IMG/VR virus record: IMGVR_UViG_3300046777_001715
Location: 32,001-96,000 of that record
Source: a virus
DNA: 64,000 nucleotides
Direction: 5' to 3' (one strand)
Of this stretch, positions 56,275 to 63,927 are shown piece by piece (within the stretch, counting starts at the first letter, position 1; each line of letters begins with the position of its first letter). The translations under genes and the position numbers were made by a program. The notes under the pieces were generated by a model that had not been told where the DNA came from, did no database searches, and saw nothing but the letters and a program-made list of their open reading frames with translations.

Positions 56275-56549
56275 TGATTTGTGCAAACGGTGATTGCAAG
56301 CAAAAGTTTGAGCCAAAAACTCATAATCAAAAATATTGTTCTGATGAATGTTGCAGAATCGCAACAAACAAAAGGATTATGGAAAAGTATTATGAAAAGA
56401 AAGCTATTAGAAATGGCGCAGTAAGGCTTTGCAAATGCGGCGGACAACTAAGCAGATACACTGAAAAAACTGTATGCACTATGTGCGTTGATAAGCAAAA
56501 GCGGGAAACAAGGGCAAGACTAAAGGAGATGCTTGATGGGATTAGCTAA
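56274..56549 (+). CDS. Cys-rich zinc-finger protein
   Basis: CANGDC ... QKYCSDECC ... CKC ... CTMC; TAATG start. Confidence 0.65.
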   Translation: MICANGDCKQKFEPKTHNQKYCSDECCRIATNKRIMEKYYEKKAIRNGAVRLCKCGGQLSRYTEKTVCTMCVDKQKRETRARLKEMLDGIS

Positions 56550-57102
56550 TCTTGTTAAGTCTAAAGCCGTAAGAGTTTTAGGCATAGATGCGTCTACAAA
56601 CTCAATAGCGTTTTGTCTCATGGACAATAATGTCCCAATAAAATGGGGCAAGCTTGAACTTAAAGGGCAAGACATATACGAAAAAATATATGATGCCAAA
56701 AGAAAAATGCATGCAATGATAGATGAGCTTAAGGCTGACTACATTGTAGTTGAGGGTGCGGTATTTGTTAAGTCTGCTGACGCTGTGATAAAATTATCAT
56801 ATGTCTATGGAGTTGTTATTGCTGAGCTTATGTCTACTGGTGCTAAGGTTATCACTATTAGCCCATCCTCGTGGCAGGCGTACATTGGCAACAAAAATCC
56901 GACGAAAGATGAGAAGTCTGCAATAAGATTGAAAAATCCAGGTTACGCAGACTCTTGGTATCAAAACCAGTTAAGAAACATGCGTAAGCAAAGAACAGTA
57001 GACTTCTTTAATAACAAATACGGAAATAAGATCACAGACTTTGATGTAGCTGATAGTTTTGGAATTGCATACTACGGGAATCAGGTTTTAACAGAACGAT
57101 GA
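56536..57102 (+). CDS. ruvC: RuvC-like Holliday junction resolvase
   Basis: VLGIDAS, IVVEG and DVADSFGIA. Confidence 0.8.
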   Translation: MGLANLVKSKAVRVLGIDASTNSIAFCLMDNNVPIKWGKLELKGQDIYEKIYDAKRKMHAMIDELKADYIVVEGAVFVKSADAVIKLSYVYGVVIAELMSTGAKVITISPSSWQAYIGNKNPTKDEKSAIRLKNPGYADSWYQNQLRNMRKQRTVDFFNNKYGNKITDFDVADSFGIAYYGNQVLTER

Positions 57103-57245
57103 AATTATATCAAAGTAAAGATTGGCTGCACAGAAGGTACATAGTGCAAAAGAAAACGGTTACAGAAATTGCTGCTGAATGCAAGGTTTCTGCAATGACA
57201 ATACAAAGATACCTAGAACAGTTTGGATTGATTAAAAAAAGATGA
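57099..57245 (+). CDS. Small HTH DNA-binding protein (missing from the ORF track)
   Basis: MKLYQSKDWLHRRYIVQKKTVTEIAAECKVSAMTIQRYLEQFGLIKKR; ATGA overlaps at both ends. Confidence 0.75.
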   Translation: MKLYQSKDWLHRRYIVQKKTVTEIAAECKVSAMTIQRYLEQFGLIKKR

Positions 57246-57805
57246 TACTTTATGGTGGAAGCTACAGTCAGGCTGGGCAGGAGTCTTTTGTTATAAATTC
57301 CCTAAAAGAAAAAAGAAACGGATTTTATGTAGAGATAGGTGCTTATGACTCAAAGATTATGAGCAACACCTACCTACTTGAAACAGAATATGGTTGGTCT
57401 GGCATTGCACTAGAAATCGATCCAGCTAGATCAAATGAGTATAATTCTAATAGGTCTAATAAGTGTGTGACTGCAGATGCTACAACATTTAATTATTTAG
57501 ATTATTTTATAGAAAACAATGTTCCAGAAAGAGTAGACTATTTACAGGTAGACATAGAGCCTGCACCACAATCTTTACAGGCTCTCAGAGCACTACCTCT
57601 TGACAGATACAGGTTCTCTATAGTAACATTTGAGCATGACCTTTACGTGGACCCAAGCAATGCCTTGGTAAAGCAAGAGGCTATAGAAATTTTAACCAAA
57701 TATAATTATAAGCTTGTTAAAGAAAATGTTATGCACGAAGGTAATATTTTTGAAGACTGGTGGATAGACAGAGAGATTCTAGAAGAAGTGGGTGTAATAT
57801 GCTAA
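57242..57805 (+). CDS. FkbM-family (Methyltransf_21-like) methyltransferase
   Basis: YSQAGQE, FYVEIGA, SNTYLLE, GWSGIALE, DYLQVDIE and VTFEHD. Confidence 0.75.
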   Translation: MILYGGSYSQAGQESFVINSLKEKRNGFYVEIGAYDSKIMSNTYLLETEYGWSGIALEIDPARSNEYNSNRSNKCVTADATTFNYLDYFIENNVPERVDYLQVDIEPAPQSLQALRALPLDRYRFSIVTFEHDLYVDPSNALVKQEAIEILTKYNYKLVKENVMHEGNIFEDWWIDREILEEVGVIC

Positions 57806-58128
57806 AGCCAGTATTTGAAGATGTAAGAGACTTTAATTGCTCAGATCTATATTTAAAATCAGTTAGTGCTCCTTCAGGCGCTAAAATTTGGGGAGCATGC
57901 CATGAAATTGCACATCTTTTGATTGAAAAAAATATCTCATATGGTGATTCAGCGCTAAACCCTGCACGTATATTTTCTTCGGCGGATGCAACAGAACAAT
58001 TAAAGGTCCGTATTGATGATAAATTAAATAGAGTTATGCATAATCAAGGCTATGCTGGAGATAACGATATTGATGATTTAATTGGATATTTGGTTTTATA
58101 TAAGATTGCAAAGGCTCAACTCAATTGA
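57799..58128 (+). CDS. DUF1599-like (nucleotide-modification-associated) helical protein
   Basis: KNISYGDS ... VRIDDKLNR ... DLIGYLVL. Confidence 0.6.
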   Translation: MLKPVFEDVRDFNCSDLYLKSVSAPSGAKIWGACHEIAHLLIEKNISYGDSALNPARIFSSADATEQLKVRIDDKLNRVMHNQGYAGDNDIDDLIGYLVLYKIAKAQLN

Positions 58129-58153
58129 CATTTTAGTCGACTAAAAGTATAAT
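58125..58153 (+). promoter_or_regulatory. Consensus promoter TTGACA-17-TATAAT with a palindromic spacer; leaderless
   Basis: Spacer holds TTTTAGTCGACTAAAA; ATG 58160 at +7. Confidence 0.85.
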
Positions 58154-58159
58154 ATAGTA

Positions 58160-58699
58160 ATGGCTGAGATAGAGTTAGCGGATCATTTTGACCGCATGAA
58201 CAAAGTAGTTTCTGAACTACTCAAAGGAAATAACCCCACCCAAATTGCTACCCTGACTGGTTTTAAAAGAGCAGAAGTTGTTGAGCTAATTGATGAGTGG
58301 AAGTCAGTCGTACACAATGATCAGAACGCTAGAGAGAGGGCTAAAGAAGCCGTATCTGGCGCTGATCAACATTATGCAATGCTTATTAAAGAGGCATGGA
58401 AAACTGTTGAGGATGCAGACACCCAAGGACAGCTTAGCGTAAAAGCTGGGGCGCTAAAGCTAATTGCGGACATTGAAACAAAAAGAATTGGAATGCTTCA
58501 GCAGGTAGGACTGCTTGACAATGCAGAGCTGGCAGGGCAGATTGCAGACACAGAACGCAAGCAAGAGATCCTTGTTGGCATATTAAAAGAGGTTACAGCC
58601 ACATGCCCAAATTGCAAAATGGATGTAGCACGTAGACTTTCGCAGATAACTGGAGTAGTAGAGCCTGTACAAATAGTAGAGGAGCGAGATGTCATTTGA
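58160..58699 (+). CDS. Probable terminase small subunit (HTH)
   Basis: N-terminal HTH (NPTQIATLTGFKRAEV); overlaps terL. Confidence 0.6.
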   Translation: MAEIELADHFDRMNKVVSELLKGNNPTQIATLTGFKRAEVVELIDEWKSVVHNDQNARERAKEAVSGADQHYAMLIKEAWKTVEDADTQGQLSVKAGALKLIADIETKRIGMLQQVGLLDNAELAGQIADTERKQEILVGILKEVTATCPNCKMDVARRLSQITGVVEPVQIVEERDVI

Positions 58700-60485
58700 T
58701 TTTAGTGATCTTATTGACATGCTCGATGGCGAAGAGTTTGATGAGCGTCCAGTAGACTTAAGAACATTTGTTACTAGCCCAGACTATTTAGGCTTACCAC
58801 CGTTATCCGAATACCAATACACTTTAATTGAAAAGTCTTCACAGATTTATAAAGAATCAACATTGAAGAAGCTCTTTGGTGAAGAAGAGGGCGGAAGAAT
58901 GTTTAAGCAAACTTGTAATGAAGTTATAGCACAGCTTGGTAAGGGTTCAGGAAAAGACTACTCTTCTACAATAGCAACCGCATATATAGTTTATTTGTTA
59001 CTATGTCTAAAAGATCCAGCAACATATTATGGCAAGCCTCCTGGAGACTCAATTGATATTCTAAACATTGCTATTAACGCACAGCAAGCAAACAATGTTT
59101 TCTTTAAAGGATTTAAAACTAGAATTGATCGCTCACCATGGTTTGCTGGAAAATATGAATCTAAAGCTTCAGAAATGAAGTTTGATAAAGCTATTACTGT
59201 TCACTCAGGTCACTCTGAAAGAGAAGCTTGGGAAGGATATAACGTAATTATAGTTATCCTTGATGAAATTTCAGGATTTGCTACAGAAAATACAACTGGT
59301 CATGATCAAGCAAAAACAGCTGACGCTATATATGACATGTATCGTGCCTCAGTTATGTCACGTTTCCCAGACTTTGGAAAAGTTATTCTTCTATCTTTTC
59401 CACGCTTTAAAAACGACCCAATTCAAAAGTTTTATGAATCCGTAATTGCAGAAAAAGAAACTGTAATTCAAACTAAAGTTTTAAAGATGGACGAAGATCT
59501 TCCAGACGGAATTGAAGGAAATGAAGTAACTGTTGAATGGGAAGAAGATCACATTAAGGCATATAAATATCCAAAAACATATGCGCTTAAAAGGCCAACA
59601 TGGGAAGTGAATCCAACAAAAAAGATTGAAGACTTTAAGGTTGATTTTTATAGAAATCCATTAGATGCACTTGGAAGATTTGCATGCATGCCGCCAGAAG
59701 CTGTAGATGCTTTTTTTAAGTCAAGAGAAAAAGTTGAAAAAGCATTTAGCAATACTGGAATTGCAGTAGATAAGTTTGGAAGACTGGAGAATTGGTTTAA
59801 GCCACAAGAGGGCACAGATTACTTTATCCACGTAGACCTTGCACAAAAGCATGACCACTGTGCAGTTTCTCTAGCACATGTTCGTGACTGGGTTAACGTA
59901 AGGGTTACAAATGAATATTCTCAGCCAGCACCAGTTGTTGAGGTTGATGCAGTAATGTATTGGACCCCAACATCTGATAAGTCTGTAGATTTTACAGAGG
60001 TTAAAGACTATATCTTGTCTTTGAAGAGTGCTGGATTTAATATAAGAATATGTACGTTTGACAGATGGAACTCTCATGATATGATGCAACAACTAAAACA
60101 ATACGGCATCAATACAGAGATTCTATCTGTCGCTAAAAAGCATTACGATGACATGGCAATGGTTGTGCTAGAGGAAAGAGTTAAGGGTCCTCACATACCA
60201 TTGCTTATTGATGAATTGCTTCAGCTTAGAATTATGAGAGATAAAGTAGATCACCCAAGAAAAGGCTCTAAAGACTTGTCTGACGCAGTTTGTGGATCAA
60301 TATACAATGCTATTTCAAGGTCTTTGGTTCCAACGGATAGAGAGATTAGGGTTCATACATATGAATCAATGAGTTATGACGCAGACTTTGGGGAGGCTAA
60401 AGAAGAATCATTTAATCTTATTAAGCCACCTAAATCTATGCCAAATGACTTGCAGGACGCAATAGGAAGAATGATGACAATATGA
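58689..60485 (+). CDS. terL: Terminase large subunit
   Basis: GKGSGKD, VILDE, LSFPR, HVDLA and DHP..GSKDLSDAV. Confidence 0.92.
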   Translation: MSFDFSDLIDMLDGEEFDERPVDLRTFVTSPDYLGLPPLSEYQYTLIEKSSQIYKESTLKKLFGEEEGGRMFKQTCNEVIAQLGKGSGKDYSSTIATAYIVYLLLCLKDPATYYGKPPGDSIDILNIAINAQQANNVFFKGFKTRIDRSPWFAGKYESKASEMKFDKAITVHSGHSEREAWEGYNVIIVILDEISGFATENTTGHDQAKTADAIYDMYRASVMSRFPDFGKVILLSFPRFKNDPIQKFYESVIAEKETVIQTKVLKMDEDLPDGIEGNEVTVEWEEDHIKAYKYPKTYALKRPTWEVNPTKKIEDFKVDFYRNPLDALGRFACMPPEAVDAFFKSREKVEKAFSNTGIAVDKFGRLENWFKPQEGTDYFIHVDLAQKHDHCAVSLAHVRDWVNVRVTNEYSQPAPVVEVDAVMYWTPTSDKSVDFTEVKDYILSLKSAGFNIRICTFDRWNSHDMMQQLKQYGINTEILSVAKKHYDDMAMVVLEERVKGPHIPLLIDELLQLRIMRDKVDHPRKGSKDLSDAVCGSIYNAISRSLVPTDREIRVHTYESMSYDADFGEAKEESFNLIKPPKSMPNDLQDAIGRMMTI

Positions 60486-60733
60486 CAAATATATACCAAG
60501 AGAGAGCAAAAGAATGCAAGTGCTGTGGAAAGCATGTTCCGCTTCCTACAGTTTTACGTGAATTTAATGGAACCATGATGTGTCCTACTACATACGCAAA
60601 CGTGTTGGAGTATACTAGGATATGGAAGCAAATTGGTTCTAGACCAACTGGAAGTATTAGAAAGCATTTTTCTGAATATGTACAGCAAGTTGTTGAATCA
60701 ACTATTGACAAGAGTGATGAGGCAAACGTATAA
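60482..60733 (+). CDS. Hypothetical protein (CxxC)
   Basis: ATGA-coupled; CKCC ... CPT. Confidence 0.6.
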   Translation: MTNIYQERAKECKCCGKHVPLPTVLREFNGTMMCPTTYANVLEYTRIWKQIGSRPTGSIRKHFSEYVQQVVESTIDKSDEANV

Positions 60734-60734
60734 T
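60705..60734 (+). promoter_or_regulatory. Promoter TTGACA-18-TATAAT for the tRNA
   Basis: Consensus hexamers ending 9 nt before the tRNA. Confidence 0.65.
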
Positions 60735-60742
60735 TAAGCTAC

Positions 60743-60816
60743 GTGGTAGTAGCTTAGTCGGTTAAAGCCCCGAACTCATAATTCGGTAATCGTAGGTTCG
60801 AGTCCTACCTACCGCA
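60743..60816 (+). tRNA. tRNA with CAT anticodon (elongator Met or Ile2); no encoded CCA
   Basis: Acceptor GTGGTAG/CTACCGC-A, anticodon arm CCGAA-CTCATAA-TTCGG, T arm GTAGG-TTCGAGT-CCTAC. Confidence 0.9.
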
Positions 60817-60829
60817 CAAGGAGAAAGAA

Positions 60830-61141
60830 GTGGAAGACAATATGTCAGATCTAGATCACTACATTGAAATTGGCGCTATTGAAGTTGCTGGTGTTGATGA
60901 AAGTGGAGAATTTATATTAAGCATTACGGAAGCGGCAAAAGAGTTGGCTCCAGAACTTTGGGCAGCTCATGTTAATCATATAGACGAAACTTTAGTGGCG
61001 CTTTATGAAAAAGGGCTTATGTCTGTAGACTATGACGAAAATCTAGAGGCCACATTTTCCTTGAGCGAAGAAGGCATGAAGGTTGCAAAATCTTTTGGGC
61101 TTCTTCCAATGGATGTAGAAAAAGATATACCAAACAATTAA
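60830..61141 (+). CDS. Hypothetical acidic protein
   Basis: SD AAGGAG with GTG start. Confidence 0.65.
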   Translation: MEDNMSDLDHYIEIGAIEVAGVDESGEFILSITEAAKELAPELWAAHVNHIDETLVALYEKGLMSVDYDENLEATFSLSEEGMKVAKSFGLLPMDVEKDIPNN

Positions 61142-61176
61142 ATGAGTTTTTAAAAAAAACGTAATATAATTATCCT

Positions 61177-61265
61177 GTAGGAGCTAACCCCCCTACGCAT
61201 TCGGGCTCGCTACCTTGGGATGATTATGGTTACGTAAAGGCTAACAGTCGTTAGCCTTTACTTTT
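61177..61265 (+). ncRNA. Candidate structured small RNA upstream of tRNA-Arg
   Basis: TATAAT at 61165-61170, three stems plus a possible pseudoknot, and a terminal 12-bp hairpin followed by TTTT. Confidence 0.5.
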
Positions 61266-61338
61266 GCCCTTGTAGCTCAGCGGATAGAGCGAGACTCTTC
61301 TAAGGTCTGCGTCGGAGGTTCGATTCCTTCCAGGGGCG
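61266..61338 (+). tRNA. tRNA-Arg(TCT); no encoded CCA
   Basis: Acceptor GCCCTTG/CAGGGGC-G, anticodon arm AGACT-CTTCTAA-GGTCT, T arm GGAGG-TTCGATT-CCTTC. Confidence 0.93.
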
Positions 61339-61343
61339 CAAAA

Positions 61344-61352
61344 TGCTATAAT
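61344..61352 (+). promoter_or_regulatory. Extended -10 TGCTATAAT for the lysin
   Basis: Followed by SD AGGAGG. Confidence 0.7.
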
Positions 61353-61380
61353 TAAATTAATCTATTCCATAGGAGGAAAA

Positions 61381-61950
61381 ATGGCAGAAGAAACAAGACA
61401 CCCAAATGCAGTAAAGGTTTTGGCGGCAGCCAGAAAGTATGCTGAAGAAGGGTACACAGAAGGACCAAACAACGATACAATTTTTGGAAAGCGCTATGGC
61501 ATGAACAATCAACCATGGTGTGCAATGTTTGTATCAGGTTGTTTTGATGATGCAGGGCTAGTTCATCTAGTTGCGGCATCTACAAAGAAGGGCTTTGCAT
61601 CTTGCGATGCAGGAGCACAGTGGTTTGCAAAGAACAAGAGAATTGTTCCGATTGGGCAAGCACAAGCAGGAGACGTAGTATTCTTTAACTTTGACAAGAC
61701 ACCAACTGACACAGAGCATGTTGGAATTGTAATTTCAAATGATGGAAAAAATCTTATTACTTACGAAGGAAATACATCTGGAGATTCAAAGGGATCGCAG
61801 GCAAATGGTGACGGCGTATTTAAGAAGAAAAGAGCCTACAGCCTTGTAATGTCAGTTGCAAGACCAGATTGGGATGCACCAGCACCAGCTGCTAAGCCAG
61901 CAGCTAAGAAGGCAGCTCCAGTCAAGAAGGCAGTTGCAAAGAAGAAGTAA
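61381..61950 (+). CDS. CHAP-domain peptidoglycan hydrolase (putative endolysin)
   Basis: PWCAMFVS, GDVVFF, HVGIV and EGNTS; Ala/Lys/Pro tail. Confidence 0.85.
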   Translation: MAEETRHPNAVKVLAAARKYAEEGYTEGPNNDTIFGKRYGMNNQPWCAMFVSGCFDDAGLVHLVAASTKKGFASCDAGAQWFAKNKRIVPIGQAQAGDVVFFNFDKTPTDTEHVGIVISNDGKNLITYEGNTSGDSKGSQANGDGVFKKKRAYSLVMSVARPDWDAPAPAAKPAAKKAAPVKKAVAKKK

Positions 61951-61954
61951 GTTT

Positions 61955-61997
61955 TGCTATAATAATATACGGGTCGCCTTCGGGGGCCCGTATATTA
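61955..61997 (+). promoter_or_regulatory. TGCTATAAT followed by a strong UUCG-capped hairpin
   Basis: TAATATACGGG...CC-TTCG-GG...CCCGTATATTA. Confidence 0.65.
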
Positions 61998-62025
61998 ATT
62001 TATTTGCTTAAAAAGGAGAAATAAA

Positions 62026-62451
62026 ATGGTAACACAATTTGCTATGGATTTTTTTAATGATCCATTTTTTATCGGGTTCAATCGTGATTTTGACAAGTTG
62101 TCAAGAATCCACACCCACGCTACAGGAACAAACTATCCACCTTATAACGTAATTACAACAGATGATGAAGATGTATTCTTTATCGAACTTGCGGTTGCGG
62201 GATTTGCAAAGGAAGACCTTGAAGTTTCAGTAAAAGAACAGGTTCTCACCGTAAAGGGAGAAATCAAGGATACTAAGGATGAGCCAAAATATGCTCACCG
62301 TGGAATTGCAACAAGAAAGTTTACTCGTGAATTTGCCCTAGGTGAATTTATTGAGGTAACTGGGGCGGTTGCAGAAAATGGTATGCTCAAGATTTCATTA
62401 GAGCGTATTGTTCCTGAAGACAAAAAGCCAAAATCAATCAAGATCAAGTAA
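62026..62451 (+). CDS. Small heat-shock protein (Hsp20/IbpA-like)
   Basis: YPPYNV, IELAVAGF, HRGIATRKFTREF and ENGMLKISL. Confidence 0.92.
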   Translation: MVTQFAMDFFNDPFFIGFNRDFDKLSRIHTHATGTNYPPYNVITTDDEDVFFIELAVAGFAKEDLEVSVKEQVLTVKGEIKDTKDEPKYAHRGIATRKFTREFALGEFIEVTGAVAENGMLKISLERIVPEDKKPKSIKIK

Positions 62452-62458
62452 AAAACAC

Positions 62459-62487
62459 TAGACAATCCTATTTACATAGGGTATACT
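62459..62487 (+). promoter_or_regulatory. Promoter TAGACA-17-TATACT with a CCTAT-N4-ATAGG inverted repeat in the spacer
   Basis: Read directly from the sequence. Confidence 0.6.
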
Positions 62488-62493
62488 TATATT

Positions 62494-62553
62494 GTGCACC
62501 ACTTAATGTGGGCATGAGGGACCTGAGCATTGTCCACGTAAACGGCTCATTTT
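62494..62553 (+). ncRNA. Candidate structured leader/sRNA (hairpin plus H-type pseudoknot)
   Basis: CCAC/GTGG hairpin; GGAC/GTCC and TGAGC/GCTCA stems. Confidence 0.4.
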
Positions 62554-62567
62554 AAAATTGGAGACTC

Positions 62568-63290
62568 ATGGAGATTATTGATCTGCAAAAGCCAAATGTG
62601 CTAATCGTTAAAGATTTTTTTGATAAGGATCAGGTTAATACAGTTCTTAATATACTAAAGAGTATATCAGAAGAAGAATGGTATTTTGAAGCAGATAAAA
62701 AAAGAGAGCTTGGAACCAATATACATGAAGAGCTTCGTGAAAGTTCTCACAAAAGTTGGGACGGGATGTCTCTTGGTTTGACATCAAGGGTAGATGCAAA
62801 AAAAATGTATCCAACATTACCACATGAAATGTTGATAGATCAAGAACACAAGATAAAAAAGCTTACAGAAAAAAGATTTAACCAAAATTTGATTTTGCAA
62901 TTGTCTGGATTAAATAGATGGAGACCAGGAAGAGAACAGCTCCCACATATAGACTATTATGATTCTTCAGAAGATCACGACTTTGAAATGCTAGAAAAGT
63001 ACAATCTTCCTAAAAATAGATTAGAGCAGTTTGAAAAAGGTTTTAACGATAAACATTTTTCTTCTTTGGTTTATTTTAACGATGACTATATTGGTGGAGA
63101 ATTGTATATGCCACAGTGGGATTGGGAGATGAAACCAGAGCCTGGAATGCTAATATGTTTCGAGGGAAACGAAAATCATCTTCACGGCGTAAAAATGATG
63201 GAAGAAGGAATCAGATACACTTGGTCTTTATTTTGGACAAAGTTTGATTGGGCAATGAAAAATAAGCTGGAGGCAATGAAAAATGTATGA
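62568..63290 (+). CDS. 2OG-Fe(II) oxygenase (prolyl-4-hydroxylase-like)
   Basis: HID, SSLVYFNDDYIGGEL, HGV and RYT. Confidence 0.85.
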   Translation: MEIIDLQKPNVLIVKDFFDKDQVNTVLNILKSISEEEWYFEADKKRELGTNIHEELRESSHKSWDGMSLGLTSRVDAKKMYPTLPHEMLIDQEHKIKKLTEKRFNQNLILQLSGLNRWRPGREQLPHIDYYDSSEDHDFEMLEKYNLPKNRLEQFEKGFNDKHFSSLVYFNDDYIGGELYMPQWDWEMKPEPGMLICFEGNENHLHGVKMMEEGIRYTWSLFWTKFDWAMKNKLEAMKNV

Positions 63291-63690
63291 GTATAGAGTA
63301 AAAAAGGTATTAAATGTTGTAGACGGAGATACAATTGATGCAGATATCGACCTAGGGTTCGACATCTCTTTGGCTAAAAGAGTTAGAATGGCTGGCATAG
63401 ATACTCCAGAGTCTCGCACCACGGATAAGTTTGAAAAGACACTAGGGCTTGAGTCAAAAGAATACCTAAAGAAACAGTTAAAAGACGCTAAGGATGTTGT
63501 CATTAAAACGGAACTTCCAGATTCTTCAGAAAAATATGGACGCATACTTGGTTGGGTTTACATTGACGGAGCAACAAAGTCTATTAATGAGATTATGATT
63601 GAAGAAGGATATGCTTGGGGCTACATGGGAGATACAAAGGTTAAAGACTTTGCTGCTTTAGCTGAAAAGAGAAAAAAGAGCGGTAAGTAA
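63283..63690 (+). CDS. Thermonuclease (SNase family)
   Basis: VVDGDTID, RVRMAGIDTPE, EKYGRILG and EGYA. Confidence 0.88.
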   Translation: MYEYRVKKVLNVVDGDTIDADIDLGFDISLAKRVRMAGIDTPESRTTDKFEKTLGLESKEYLKKQLKDAKDVVIKTELPDSSEKYGRILGWVYIDGATKSINEIMIEEGYAWGYMGDTKVKDFAALAEKRKKSGK

Positions 63691-63872
63691 TGCCTACATA
63701 CGAGTATTCTTGCATTCAGTGTGATGTGACAAAAGAGATTATAAAGTCTTTTGAACAAGCAGACTCTTTAGAGGTTTGTGAAAAGTGTGGATACAACATG
63801 ACTAAAGTTTACGGATCTTTTGGTATTCAGTTTAAAGGTTCTGGCTTTTATAAAACAGATAATCCTAAATAG
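63690..63872 (+). CDS. FmdB-family zinc-ribbon protein
   Basis: MPTYEYSC..C ... C..CG ... FKGSGFYKTD. Confidence 0.85.
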   Translation: MPTYEYSCIQCDVTKEIIKSFEQADSLEVCEKCGYNMTKVYGSFGIQFKGSGFYKTDNPK

Positions 63873-63877
63873 CTACA

Positions 63878-63913
63878 TGCTATAATTGTAATGTAAACAA
63901 AATTTGCATTACA
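63878..63913 (+). promoter_or_regulatory. TGCTATAAT followed by an 11-bp inverted repeat
   Basis: TGTAATGTAAA-CAAAA-TTTGCATTACA, then SD AGGAGA. Confidence 0.6.
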
Positions 63914-63927
63914 TAGGAGAGTCCTAG

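Noticed and set aside
49524-60485. Inteins or introns in dnaE, recA or terL
   Set aside because: Lengths are ordinary, the ORFs are continuous, and no splicing or homing-endonuclease motifs were seen.
61177-61233. HDV-like (theta) ribozyme next to the tRNA
   Set aside because: It lies 5' of the tRNA rather than 3', and I could not place P1.1 or the catalytic C. Kept only as an unclassified structured RNA.
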